From Cenococcum geophilum (taxonomy: Eukaryota): a stretch of 64,000 bases of DNA. A model generated the notes under the pieces. It searched no databases and was not told the DNA's origin. It saw only the letters and a list, made by a program, of their open reading frames with translations. Both the position numbers and the translations under genes were made by a program. Each line of letters begins with the position of its first letter. Position 1 is the first letter of the stretch. The DNA is taken from assembly GCA_050273025.1 (NCBI GenBank), contig CP158635.1, positions 14,694,001 through 14,758,000 of the forward strand, written 5' to 3'. This document shows, in pieces, positions 23,289-34,871 of the stretch.

Positions 23289-26200
23289 TTAAGAGTCGTC
23301 GACCTTAAAGTTGCATAACCATACCTTTCCGGATCCAACGCCGATGCCGATCGTCTTCCCCGACATGGCCGAACATGACGGCCGATACTCTGAGGGTAGC
23401 CACACTAAATTCTCTGAATTATATGTTATCCACGCTCCGTCTGAACTTAAAGCCCCGCCTTGGTATTGAGGATTTTGAGGATCTGTTACACTAGGTATTA
23501 TATTTAAAGCTGATGATGCATTGATAGCAATAATACCAATTTCAGTGTAAAGATATAAGCCGGTGGTATCAACTGATATGTTATAAAGTGCTTTGCCAAC
23601 ACTGAGTGTCTGTAGGCACTCGCCACTGCTTGTATCCCAGATCTTGACCGTCTTGTCGCCCGACCCCGACGCGAGCCATGTCGAATCGTGTGAGAAGGCG
23701 ACCGACATGACCCAATCGCTATGGCCCTTGAGCGTCTGCAGGCACTCGCCACTGCTTGTATCCCAGATCTTGACCGTCTTGTCGTGCGACGCCGACGCGA
23801 GCCGTGTCGAATCGTGTGAGAAGGCGACCGACCTGACCCAATCTCCGTGGCCCTCGAGCGTCTGCAGGCACTCGCCACCGCTTGCATCCCAGATCTTGAC
23901 CGTCTTGTCGTCCGACGCCGACGCGAGCCGTGTCGAATCGTGTGAGAAGGCGACCGAGTTGACACAACTTCTATGGCCCTTGAGCGTCTGCAGACACTTA
24001 CCACTGCTTGCATCCCAGATCTTGACCGTGTTGTCGCCCGCCGACGTGAGCCATGTCGAATCGTGTGAGAAGGCGACCGAGTTGACCCAATGTCTATGGC
24101 CCTTGAGCGTCTGCAGGCACTCGCCACTGCTTGCATCCCAAATCTTAACCGTGTTGTCGTTTGACCCCGACGCGAGCCGTGTCGAATCGTGTGAGAAGGC
24201 GACCGAGCTGACCCAATTGCTATGGCCCTCGAGCGTCTGCAGGCACTCGCCACTGCTTGCATCCCAGATCTTGACTGTCTTGTCGCCCGATGCCGACGCG
24301 AGCCGTGTCGAATCGTGTGAGAAGGCGACCGAGCTGACCCAATTGCTATGGCCCTCGAGCGTCCGCAGGCACTCGCCACTGCTCGCGTCCCAGATCTTGA
24401 CCGTGTTGTCGCTCGACGCCGACGCGAGCCGTGTCGAATTGTGTGAGAAGGCGACCAAATCGCTATGGCCCTCGAGCGTCTGCAGACACTCGCCACTGCT
24501 TGCATTCCAGATCTTAACCGTCTTGTCGCTCGACGCCGACGCGAGCCGTGTCGAATCGTGTGAGAAGACGACCGACCTGACCGTATCGCTATGGCCCTCG
24601 AGCGTCTGCAGGCACTCGCCACTGCTTGCATCCCAAATCTTGACCGTGTCGTCGCCCGACGCCGACGCGAGCCGTGTCGAATCGTGTGAGAAGGCGACCG
24701 AGTTGACCCAATCTCTACGGCCCTCGAGCGTCTGCAGGCACTCGCCACTGCTTGCATCCCAAATCTTGACCGTGTTGTCGCTCGACGCCGACGCGAGCCG
24801 TGTCGAATCGTGTGAGAAGGCGACCGAGTTGACCCCATTGCTATGGCCCTTGAGCGTCTGCAGGCACTCGCCGCTGCTTGCATCCCAGATCTTGACCGTG
24901 TTGTCGCCCGACGCCGACGCGAGCCGTGTCGAATCGTGTGAGAAGGCGACCGACCTGACCCAACCGCTATAGCCCTTGAGCGTCTGCAGGCACTCGCCAC
25001 TGCTTGCATCCCAGATCTTGACCGTGTTGTCGCGCGACGCCGACGCGAGCCGTGTCGAATCGTGTGAGAAGGCGACCGAATTGACTCCACTTCTATGGCC
25101 CTCGAGCGTCTGCAGGCACGCACTCCATTTATCTCCCATAGCCGGCTTTATCGTGATCCATTTCGGCTCTTCCTCCTTAAAAAGACCCCTTATTAGGCTG
25201 CGGGTAGGACTAAACATGAGTGCAGACGCATATGCCTGAAGAGGACTGTTCTCTATTGCCCGCTTATGATACATAATAAGTCGGCGCGCATCTTGAACTA
25301 GCTCAATTAATGGGAATGTATCTACTCTTCCCTAAAGTCATAAGCATGAACCATATATAGATAGCATCGCTGGTCTAATAATTACCTGGATTAAAGCCTC
25401 CAGTTTCGCCATTGAAAGCACCCCCTCCAACATGCTTCTGCAAAGGCTAAGAGCCTCAAGCCAGTAAAGGTATTTTTTTCTTATAAATATATCGACTATG
25501 CCTCCATCCTGCAGGTCGACCTTATAACCCGCACAAGAGTTGGAATTCCAGTCATAGAGGTGATCAACCCAATAGATACACGAGTAGCGTGACACCGCTA
25601 ATGGGTCTGGATCTGGTTGTTTAACCTGCTCAATAGGATATCCTAACGCACGTAAGTTGTAGATGTCTCGTCGTAGCGCCCTGGATATAACCTGGAGCGA
25701 TCTCGAGAAGATTACGTAGTGAGCCTCTCCCCTTCCAGACGGGAAGATTTCATCGAATGCCTTTATGAGCAAGTAGTCCTTCGCGGACTGATGTACAAAA
25801 TAGATGGTACCTTCTCGAATAGTAAGGAACGAACCACAAAGGCTAATGATCTCCCCTAACGACTCTAGATCATCCGACATATCCTCAAGTATCTCAACAA
25901 GAGATGTCAGTTCTTTCAGCGTGATGGGTTGGTATACAATCGCGATCAAGGCAAGTATCCGCTTGCAGATATCAGCATTACCCGAGTTGCATATTTGCTC
26001 CACCATTCGCTCGTAAAGAGAATTAAGTCCAGGTGGAAACGCGTTCAGCTTTGCGCGGGTCTCCCATCGTTGGATCTTCTCAAGGTTTTGACAGACCAAG
26101 GCCACCCAGAGGAAAGTGTTATTTGCATTTGAGGACAGATGGTTTAGCACGGCGTCTCGCGTTTTGTCATCGTATTTCTTTCGCTGCGCTAGCTGAAGTA

Positions 26201-28102
26201 CTTTATGCTGGATGTATATGCTGACAGCCGTAGAAACAGACTCTGCGTTTAGCTCGAGGCACAGCCTCACCTTATGTCCGGCTCTTTCTAGCCGTTCCTC
26301 GATGTCGGGCCAGTTGCGGCTAGAGACGATCCACTTGACACGAGATACAGACGACTTCTGGGCGATGAAGTCTAACAGTTTCGGCAAGTCTGCTACGCAT
26401 TCGTCGAGCGCATCGATGATCAAGTAGGTGCTGTTCAAGCTCGGGTCTTGCAGAATGCTTGTGAAGATCTCGGACAAGGCAACCCAGGCATTCGCATCCT
26501 CGAAGAGAGTTTTGCCTGCGTGATCGTACTTCTTCCGTATATGCGAGATGAGCGATGGCTGCTGATCGACAAGCAAGTACACCAGACCTCGCAGCACAGC
26601 CGTGGCGTTGTTAATTCGAGTGTCAGTGGCCTGGCAGAAGAAGTAGGACAGAAGATCCGTGTTGGCCATCGACTTCTTCAGCTCGTTGACAATACCACAG
26701 AGCAGCATGGTCTTACCCTTGCCGGGATCGCCCTTGATCCATAGCAGTCGGCTCTGCCGGTCGTTGCGCCATTGTTGGAAGTCGGAGTTTTGGAGGATCC
26801 AGTAGTACGAGTCCCCCAGCAAGCCACCCTTGGTTTCCTCAATACGCTTCTTGTCATCACGGGGATCGGTTAGGCGTAAGTGTTGAATGCATTCCTTGTC
26901 TTCTTTCTCCATTTGAAACGAAACCTGTTTCTGCAGGAGGCAGTAGATATCCTGAAGCAGCCTCGATTCCTGGTTCTTCGCAACGTCGAGAAGCTGTTCC
27001 AGGCGGAGGCTGATTTGCTGGGCAGTGTATGCATATGAATCTTGCCGGACAGCATTCTCCGCAACCTCGACGTTCTGCAGGCTCCCATTCCAGTCGTCCA
27101 GCTTAATCGTATCGCGAAGGAAGACGATGAACCGGTTTCGGTAGCAGGAGCTGACGCTCTTTATCAGATACAAGAGCAGCGCCTGATAGAGGTCGATGAC
27201 TCGCTGCTTAAGTTCGCCTCGGACCCCGGCGGACGTCTCAACGTCAACAGTATTCTCCTTGAGCAGGAGGATCGAGAGTTCGCAGTACCACTTCATTCTG
27301 GAGATGACGTGGACGATGCCATCACGATTTGCCTTCGTCTCGGTGGTCGGGTTTACGAATACCTTGCACGTTAGCATAGCCTTTGCAACCGAGTAGACAG
27401 ACCTACTTGCATGGCAAAGCAGACACCCGCCCAGGCCAGAGCAGCTTGTGGTATCGTCCCGAGAGCAGAGCCGATTAGGTCCTTTAGCGAGAGAAGGCCT
27501 TGCAGGGCGGCGCCGACGGTTTGCTTCTTTTCGCTCTCCCATTCGGTCTTTTTCAGACCAGCTTGTACAAGCCATTCCATCTGCGACCATCTCTTGTCTT
27601 TGTCTGTTTGATCAATCGAATTTTCGTCCATTTGCGATCCTTCTGGGCTCGAATCATCCTTCTCGAATTCCCGTGATAAGATCCTCTCGTATGCATCGAC
27701 CAGCTTGGGCTCCTTCTGTTTAAGTCCGTCGTATGCTTCATTCCAAAGGCGTTCCGAGATGTTCGGTGCGGGAGACGTCGTGGAGAAGGTAGGTTGAGTA
27801 GTAGACGTCGGGACTTGTGAGGTGGCGGGAGGGGGGAGAACTGGCGACCGCGGGGGTACAGGTTGGTGGACAGAAGACGCTGGTCCGGCAGCGTCTTGGG
27901 GAGAATTAAGATTGACATTCGTTGGCGGTGTAGGAATGTAGGAGATGTCAGCCGAACAAGTCTCCGTGACGGTTGTCGATTGTGATGTCGACGAGGTAGG
28001 CCTCGAGTTAACGTCGTGTTTGCTCTTAGACTTCTTGGAGTCCTTCGCTTTACGGTCTCTGTGGTGAATTCCCAGTCGGGAGAAGAACGATTTTGGAGGC
28101 AT
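23289..28102 (-). CDS. NLR-type STAND protein NACHT_N (NWD)-NACHT-WD40, HET-E/NWD-like, ~1571 aa; exons 28102-27407, 27362-25386, 25331-23289
   Basis: NWD N-terminus ERLWNEAYDGLKQKEPKLVDAYERILS; Walker A WIKGDPGKGKT; Walker B LIIDALDEC; KYLYWLEALSL; 12 WD40 repeats. Two short GT-AG introns (44 and 54 bp) join the three ORFs in frame with no stop. Confidence 0.95.
23616..25115 (-). repeat. 12 near-identical 126-bp WD40-encoding repeats
   Basis: 1500 bp = 12 x 126 minus one 9-bp and one 3-bp in-frame deletion; consensus LQTLEGHxxxVxSVAFSHDSTRLASASxDxTVKIWDASSGEC. Confidence 0.97.
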
Positions 28103-28357
28103 GGCTTCCACGAGCACAATCGAAAATGTAACGGCACTGACAAGAGCAGCGACTAAACATGCTCGAGGTCGGTCGGCGGGTGTAGTCGATGGTTATCGAG
28201 GCTGGAGGCCTGCGGCCGGTCGGCGCTGGCCAATTGAAATCTACGACTGCGTGGCGCCGCCATCCGGTGCGCATCTAAAGGTAAAGCAAGCACTATTGAT
28301 ATAGGTAAGCAATGCTACAATTACAAGATGAGCCTGTTCGTGAACCGAGCAGTTTTG

Positions 28358-28529
28358 ACACCTTGATCACGCTAGCAGGGAGGGCGGCCGACCCGCCTTG
28401 TGATGACGACAGAAGGTGTGCTGTAGCTGTAGCTTGACAGGTATTATTATTAAGCAAAGTCTTTTAGAAAAGGCCAATAACTTAGTATAATACCATAAAG
28501 TAATAGATTATTATAATACTACAACAGGC
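28358..28529. repeat. Right arm of inverted repeat flanking the NLR gene
   Basis: Reverse complement aligns to 22642-22798 with mainly transition mismatches and two small indels. Confidence 0.9.
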
Positions 28530-29211
28530 AGAGACTAGCAGGTACCTAGCTTTTAGACTGTTGTATGCGCTTAACTAAGTTCGGTAAGGCTATTAGTAAG
28601 AGCTAGGGCCGACTTTTTAAAAGGACGTGTTTAGGCGGAAGCTAACTTCGCTAGCCAATATATTAGGACGACTCTCAACGCCCTGGTCTTGGCTGCCAAT
28701 GGGCTGGAGGGCTAGAGGGCTTGCATCGTGAAAGTGTTGTGGTGTGCTGCGGGCGTGCTCCAGTCACCAAGAGAGAGAAAGCCACACGCGAACCCGATCT
28801 TCACGCAAGGCTGCACGAGTGGGCAATATTTAAATCCACCGCTGCTTAGCCTTTCTGCCTTTCCTACACTGAGGCGGGCCAAGAGAGGGCCCCTATTCGC
28901 TCAGGGACGATCTCCAAACTTCATGCAAAAGTCACCAGCCAACCCAATGGTGCACCGCCTCGTCCGCGTCTTCGCGCTTTTCCTTAGTGGGGCGATGATG
29001 GCAGCGGCATAGCCCCGCGCGTTTGCCTCCCGCTCTCACTAATCGACATCCCACCCTCTCTATTTTTCTCTGAAGGAAGAGAAGTACCACCACTTCAACT
29101 TGTTGCCTTCTTCCTCCAACAGCCCCGCCGTTCGTTGATCGCCTTTGGATAGCCTGAAGCTCATTCCAACCTCACTGCTCCCCAACTCTCGTTTCCCTGT
29201 ATTTTCTCAAC

Positions 29212-30914
29212 ATGTCGTATTACCCGCCCCCAGGACAGCAGGGCGGTTACCCCCCATACCAAGGCCGTAAGAACAACCTTGTCTACTTCGAGTTCAATGC
29301 CCAGTCTCATTCCCCTTGGCAGCTGAACTGACAATTGCGATACAAAAGAATCCTCTCAGCCCGGTTACGGCCAGTACCCCCCACCATCAAACTCTCCATA
29401 CCCGCCACAGCAGCCATACAGCCAACCTCCACCAATGCAAAACCAGGGATACCCGCCTCCAGGAGGCTACCCACCTCAGCAGGGTGGCTACGGAGCTCCT
29501 CCACCGCAGGGCGGTTATGGTGCTCCACCTCCGCAGCAGGGCTACAGTCAGCCCCCATATGGCCAACAGCCGCCCTCACAAGGATATCCCCCACAGCAGC
29601 CTTATGACGCCCCTCCGCCAGGCCAGTATGGCGTTCCTCCACCTCAGCAGGGCTATCGAGCTCCTCCTCCTGTAGGTCTTTCCAATCAGTCGCACTTGAA
29701 TGGTTCTCTTGGGACGATTGCGCATCCTCAACTGTTCATTTACAAACACAGGGGGGCTCCCAAAAACTAGCCGACTTGGCATAAGCCAGGACACAGCTAA
29801 CTGAACTTTGATAAAGGGTCAATATGGTGCTCCACCACCTCAGGCATACGGTGCTCCCTTGCCTCAACCATACGGTGCTCCCTCACCTCAACCATACGGT
29901 GCTCCCTCACCTCAACCATATGGCGCTCCCTATGGCGCTCCCACCCAGCCGACGCCTCCCTCTCTAGGCTACATTCCAAATCAAACTGCCCAGTTTGACG
30001 TGTCTCACGATGTCGAGGGTCTCCACAAAGCCATGAAAGGCTTCGGCACCAACGAAAAAGAGCTCATCCGGATACTATCCAAGCCAGACCCCGTGATAAT
30101 GGCAACCATCCGCACGCAATACAGCCAGCGTTTCATGAAAAACCTCGTCAACGACCTCGTCAGCGAAACCAGCGGCTACTTCAAGGACGGCCTCGTCGCG
30201 CTCGTGCGCGGCCCGCTAACCCAAGACGCATACCAGCTCTACAACGCGATGAAGGGCATGGGCACCAAGGAAGTGGTGCTCAACGACGTGCTGCTCTGCC
30301 GCAGCAACGCCGACATCAACGCCATCAAGGCCGAATACCAGCACCTCTTCAAGCGCAGCCTGGAGAGCGACCTGCGCGGGGACCTGTCGGCGGCGACGGA
30401 GCAGATGTTCGTGATGGTGGCGTCGGCGCGGCGCAACGAGGACAGCGCGCCCGTGATTCCGCAGCAGATCGACGCCGACGTCGCGGAGCTGCAGCGCGCC
30501 GTCGGCGGCGCGATGAGCAAGGACTCCGTGCACGCGTGCCAGATCCTGACGTCGCGCTCCGATGCCCAGCTGCGCGCCATCGCGCAGACGTACCACCAGA
30601 AGTTTTCAAAGTCCCTCGAGAGCGTCGTCAAGGGCCGCTTCTCCGGCCACATGGAGGACGCCCTGCTGCTCATCCTCGCCCGCGCGACCAACCGCGCTCA
30701 GAGCGATGCGGAGCAGCTCGAGGCTGCTATGGCCGGGATGGGCACCAAGGATGAGTTGCTGGTTAATCGCGTCGTTAGGGTGCATTGGAATCGCCAGTAT
30801 TGCCAGCAGGTTAAGGCGGCGTATAAGTCCAAGTATCGGCGCGATTTGGCGACGAGGATTAAGGGCGAGACCAGAGGCGATTATGAGAGGCTGATGGTTG
30901 CTTGTATTGAGTGA
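29212..30914 (+). CDS. Annexin with long Pro/Gly/Tyr/Gln-rich N-terminus; exons 29212-29266, 29349-29671, 29817-30914
   Basis: Annexin repeat motifs AMKGFGTNEKELIRIL, AMKGMGTKEVVLNDVL, AMAGMGTKDELL and ETRGDYERLM; two GT-AG introns with branch sites keep the frame. Confidence 0.93.
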
Positions 30915-32069
30915 AGTCAATCGATCAATTAACTGATCAATTGATCATTCAGCTTCATCAGAGCATCTTTGAGGGATAGACGGACTCGTGTTCTTTGTTT
31001 AGAAAATGGTGAGGCTGGGTTTTGTGTGGTTTCCTCCTTTTGCAGATGTTATGATTGTTTTTTTATTTTTGCTATTATTACTGAGGCGGTTGGGTGAACG
31101 ATGCTGCGGCGGCGGCGGACTTTGAGAGGTGGCCAATACGTTTGATGTCTGTGATGAGTCTTCTTGAGTTACCTTCGTGTGACGGTCTGATACTTAGAGA
31201 TTACCCAATCAAGTTTTGCTCGCGCATATGTCATTCTTTTGGTTTGCGGCCTGTGGTTTATTAACAGGTTTGGACGAGCGGATGGGATGTGGCTGAAAGA
31301 TTGATGCGCCGAATACGTCTTGGATGGCGTTGGGTCACGGTAAGTAGGTTTTGCCAGGACGTATTCCATGTGCTGCAGGGAAAGGCGTCCACACGAGGAT
31401 CCATCTGTTGAGTTCTCACCATGCCATGCGAGTTGTATGAACACCTGAAGCCCTTCATAACTTATAATATAGTAGATCTTTATATTTCTTCAAAGTATCT
31501 GAAGCTATTCACGAGGGCATAACTTGGCTACTATCAATCAAGCGGACGCCTTAGAAAAGTATGTGACTGGGGTATTTTCCGGTTGGGCATTCAGAAAAGG
31601 ACATATTAAACAACGCTTGAGTATCGTACGATTCTAGTGGTGCCGGCGCGCTACTCGCTGTAGGGTATGGTGATTCAATACGCCTGTAGTGGACCGAATA
31701 ATGCCACTATGAATGAACTGCATGACAAAAACAAGGAAAAAGAAGGCAGCGGAAAAGAAAGGCTGCTATAGGTCCATAATTGCTGCAAATTCGCCCTACT
31801 TTATAACTTTCTGCGAGATTCTGATAAGACTTTGACTCAATAAGGTTCGTGGGATGTGTGCTAACTGGTTCTCCTATTTGGCAGGGATACATAGAGTGGC
31901 GGAGCAACCTCGCGATGATGCTACTCGGAGACTTGCATACCAAATCCAAATTTCCTAGCCTTGCTGGCCAGCTATAGCGGGTCTTTAATATATTACTATA
32001 CTTCCATCAGTTCTGAGGGATTCCAACCGGGTTTTCGTATTTTTACTCCGCTTGGATCCCGAACGAAGT

Positions 32070-33787
32070 CATGTTCCGGCCAATAATATTCGGCAGCTCG
32101 GCAGATAACATATCACGACTTGGGAAAATGGACCAAATGTTCGAGGGACGTATGAAATTATTTCTAGCTGCATAATCACAGCCACCATTGTCTCTCGCAG
32201 GCCATACATTCCAATCTTCCGTTTCAAGAAACCGTGGATCCGCATTTTGACTTTCCCTCTCAGGAAGCACGAGCCCAGCAGGTCTTTCGGAAAGTTGCAT
32301 GGTTTATAATGGGTCTTCTAGCTCCAGAGTTAGAAGCATTTACGGCATAGTATCAGCACAGAGAAACCGCTTTTGTTTACAAAGAACATTGCGGTAGAAG
32401 GGGTACGAATGCTTCTCTTTCCAAGCCTTACTTGATCTCATAAATGACATGCCGCTGTGATAATCTGCTCCGCGGCTAGCTTTTTTTCAAATGGTAGTGG
32501 ACGATCACACACTCATTCCTTGTCCTAATGAGGGGACTTGCAGTCAATGTTTCCAGTCCACCTTTTATTCCTCGTCTAATTACGTCAACCCTCGGGTTTC
32601 CTAGATTGCTTGAGGATGGAGGCTATAAATATGAGGCCACGAGGATGCTCAGTGCAGAGAATGTCAAGGGGATGACATTGGTAAACAGAGCATCCTGGAA
32701 GGAATCACTCTCCCAAACACAGGACAAAAGCAAGGCCGACGCGGTAGCAAAGGTGGTTGTTTGCGGGCAAGTTATTTGGTTCATAGCCCAATGCATTTCC
32801 CGCTTCATTAATAGATTGCCTATTAATCTTCGAGGTTAGTTGGTACCGTTGTATCCTGCGACGCCCCGCCAATAGGCTGATTGGGCTGATCTTTTAGTGG
32901 AACACTCTTTCGCACTGTATATGCGCCTTCATCATCTACACGCTTTGGTGGCACAAGTCTTTTGACGTCAAGGAGCCATACATGCTAAGAAACGAAGCAG
33001 CTCGGGGCTACGTTGCTTGGCTGCGGATACTATCTCACGAAGCCAGCGTCCTTTCTCAGATGAAGAATGTTGATGGTTCACCTCCGGCTAATGGAAGAGG
33101 CCCAGCGGTTTAGCTGAGATAAAAAAACTCGATGGTGATTGTAACGCCACGACCGAGCTTCGCGGGGGTGAAATACTGCATCCTGCGCGGTTCTGCTTCC
33201 TCCCAGGAAACCACACCACGGTATTAGAGCTTACACCTGCGGATAGGAGGGGGCGGGCACTGGCAGCGCCATACATACGGAGCATCAAAGACTGTCGCCC
33301 CCCCGCCCCCCGGGGAACTGGCGCGTGGAGCAGATCCCGAACTCCCCGGGCATCTCCAGCGCGGTCCACCAACACACCGTGATCGTGTGGGCCATCTTTC
33401 TGCTCGCTGGACTCTTCTACGGCGGGCTGCACGCGCTTGCTTGGAACGTGCCGTTGCCCTCGCGGACCCAGCAACTACTTTGGAGGCTGTCTTCGGGTGT
33501 GCTGGTTTTCGGGTTTGGGTTGCTGTGCCTCTTCGCGAGGCTCCTGCATCCGGTGATGTCGGTGGGTGCAAAGGCACTTTTCAGCCGTAAAGGGGACGCT
33601 GTGTGACAATCGGAGACGGAGAATACAGAGACTCAGGGATTTGGCCCTGTATAGCTCGCTGAGCCCGATGGTGTCGCTAGTCGTCGTTGTGGGCTACGTG
33701 GCTGTCGTGGCTTGCGTGCTCGTTCCTGTTGGTGGCGTACTTTATCTTGCTTTTCCATGCTCCTGCTGGTGCATTCCGCTAGGCTAG
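32070..33787 (+). pseudogene. Decayed fungal multi-pass membrane protein gene (DKSKAD-motif family)
   Basis: Fragments in shifting frames: WFIMGLLAPELEAFTA*YQH; WTITHSFLVLMRGLAV; QDKSKADAVAKVVVCGQVIWFIAQCISR; IYTLWWHKSFDVKEP; FYGGLHALAWNVPLPSRTQQLLWRLS. Contains stops and frameshifts. Confidence 0.7.
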
Positions 33788-33849
33788 GTGGGCGGCGGTG
33801 CTCCTTCATCTTTCATGGTATGAAAGTTTCCAGTTAAGCAGTTGAGATA

Positions 33850-34852
33850 CAGTGTATCGCACGACTAGCTTCACCCCCCCTTGGCGAGCGCTGCGAGATT
33901 TCAAATTCGCTTGATTGCCACCAACTGTACATAGTAATTGTAGCGAACGGCTGTGGCTACACGCAAGGTCCGTTTTGGTTGCCCTGGAGAATCGCCTTGG
34001 TCGGGAGAATTAAATTGAAGACGTACGCTTCCTCTTCTCCCCACTACGCCTCCGTCCGTTGTGGCCGCCAAAACGCGAATACAACGCTGTCTCTGCAGAA
34101 AGGTCGATGAAATTTGGCAATATCGTACGGGCGAAAACCTCACGATATTTAACAAAGATCACGACACTGCAGAGGAAGGCCGATCGCGAAGGTTCTTGCA
34201 GCCAAGCATACGGATTCGCTACAATTACTATGTACAGTTGGTGGCAATCAAGCGAGATTGGATGCGCATACAAGGGGGTAACATCAATGCCTCAGACGCC
34301 CCCCCTGCTAGTATGGAGAGGAAAATAAGCAAACCCCAAGTAATATAGCAGGGCTAGGTTATTTTGTGTACTATACTAGCAGGGGGGGCGTCTGAGCAAT
34401 TCATGTCACCCCCTTGTAGAAATCTCGAAAAATATTTTTTCGCTTCGGTACGCGGGCTCGCTAGCAATCGTAGCGAACGCCCATGCTTGGCTGCAAGAAC
34501 TTTACTTCTGGCAGACTTCGCGATCGGCCTTCCTCCGCAGTGTCGTGATCTTTGTCAAATATCGTAAGGTTTCCACCCGTATGATATCACCAAATTTCAT
34601 TGGCAATTACAGGAACAGCTTTGTATTCGCGTTTTGGCGGCCACAGCGGGGGGGCGCAGTTAAGGGGCGCGTACGTCCTCAATTTGGTTCTCCTGGCCAA
34701 CCAAGGCGATTCTCCAGGGTAACCAAAAAGGTCCTTGCGTGCGGGCACATGCGTTCGCTACAATTACTCTGTACAGTTGGTGGCGATTTAGCGAGCCCGC
34801 GTACCATAGCGAAAATATTTTTTTGCCAGAGGGGGGTGGAAGCTGGTCACTG
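33850..34852. mobile_element. ~1-kb foldback (palindromic) non-autonomous element with TA flanks
   Basis: TA|CAGTG...CACTG|TA ends. The left arm (~33863-34315) is an imperfect reverse complement of the right arm (~34371-34848), with a ~55-bp spacer. Confidence 0.75.
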
Positions 34853-34871
34853 TACCACAACTTCCATCACT

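Noticed and set aside
23504..25123. Long alternative-frame and antisense ORFs (539 aa, 459 aa) over the WD40 array
   Set aside because: Shadow ORFs: a stop-free 126-bp unit repeated in tandem keeps other frames open. Only one frame gives WD40.
30216..30920. Antisense ORFs over annexin (similar ones over OCH1 and the NACHT region)
   Set aside because: GC-rich codon bias of the real genes produces open opposite-strand frames.
34545..34871. 109-aa N-terminal extension of the 941-aa ORF
   Set aside because: Starts at GTG inside the palindromic element; the protein-like sequence begins at ATG 34872.
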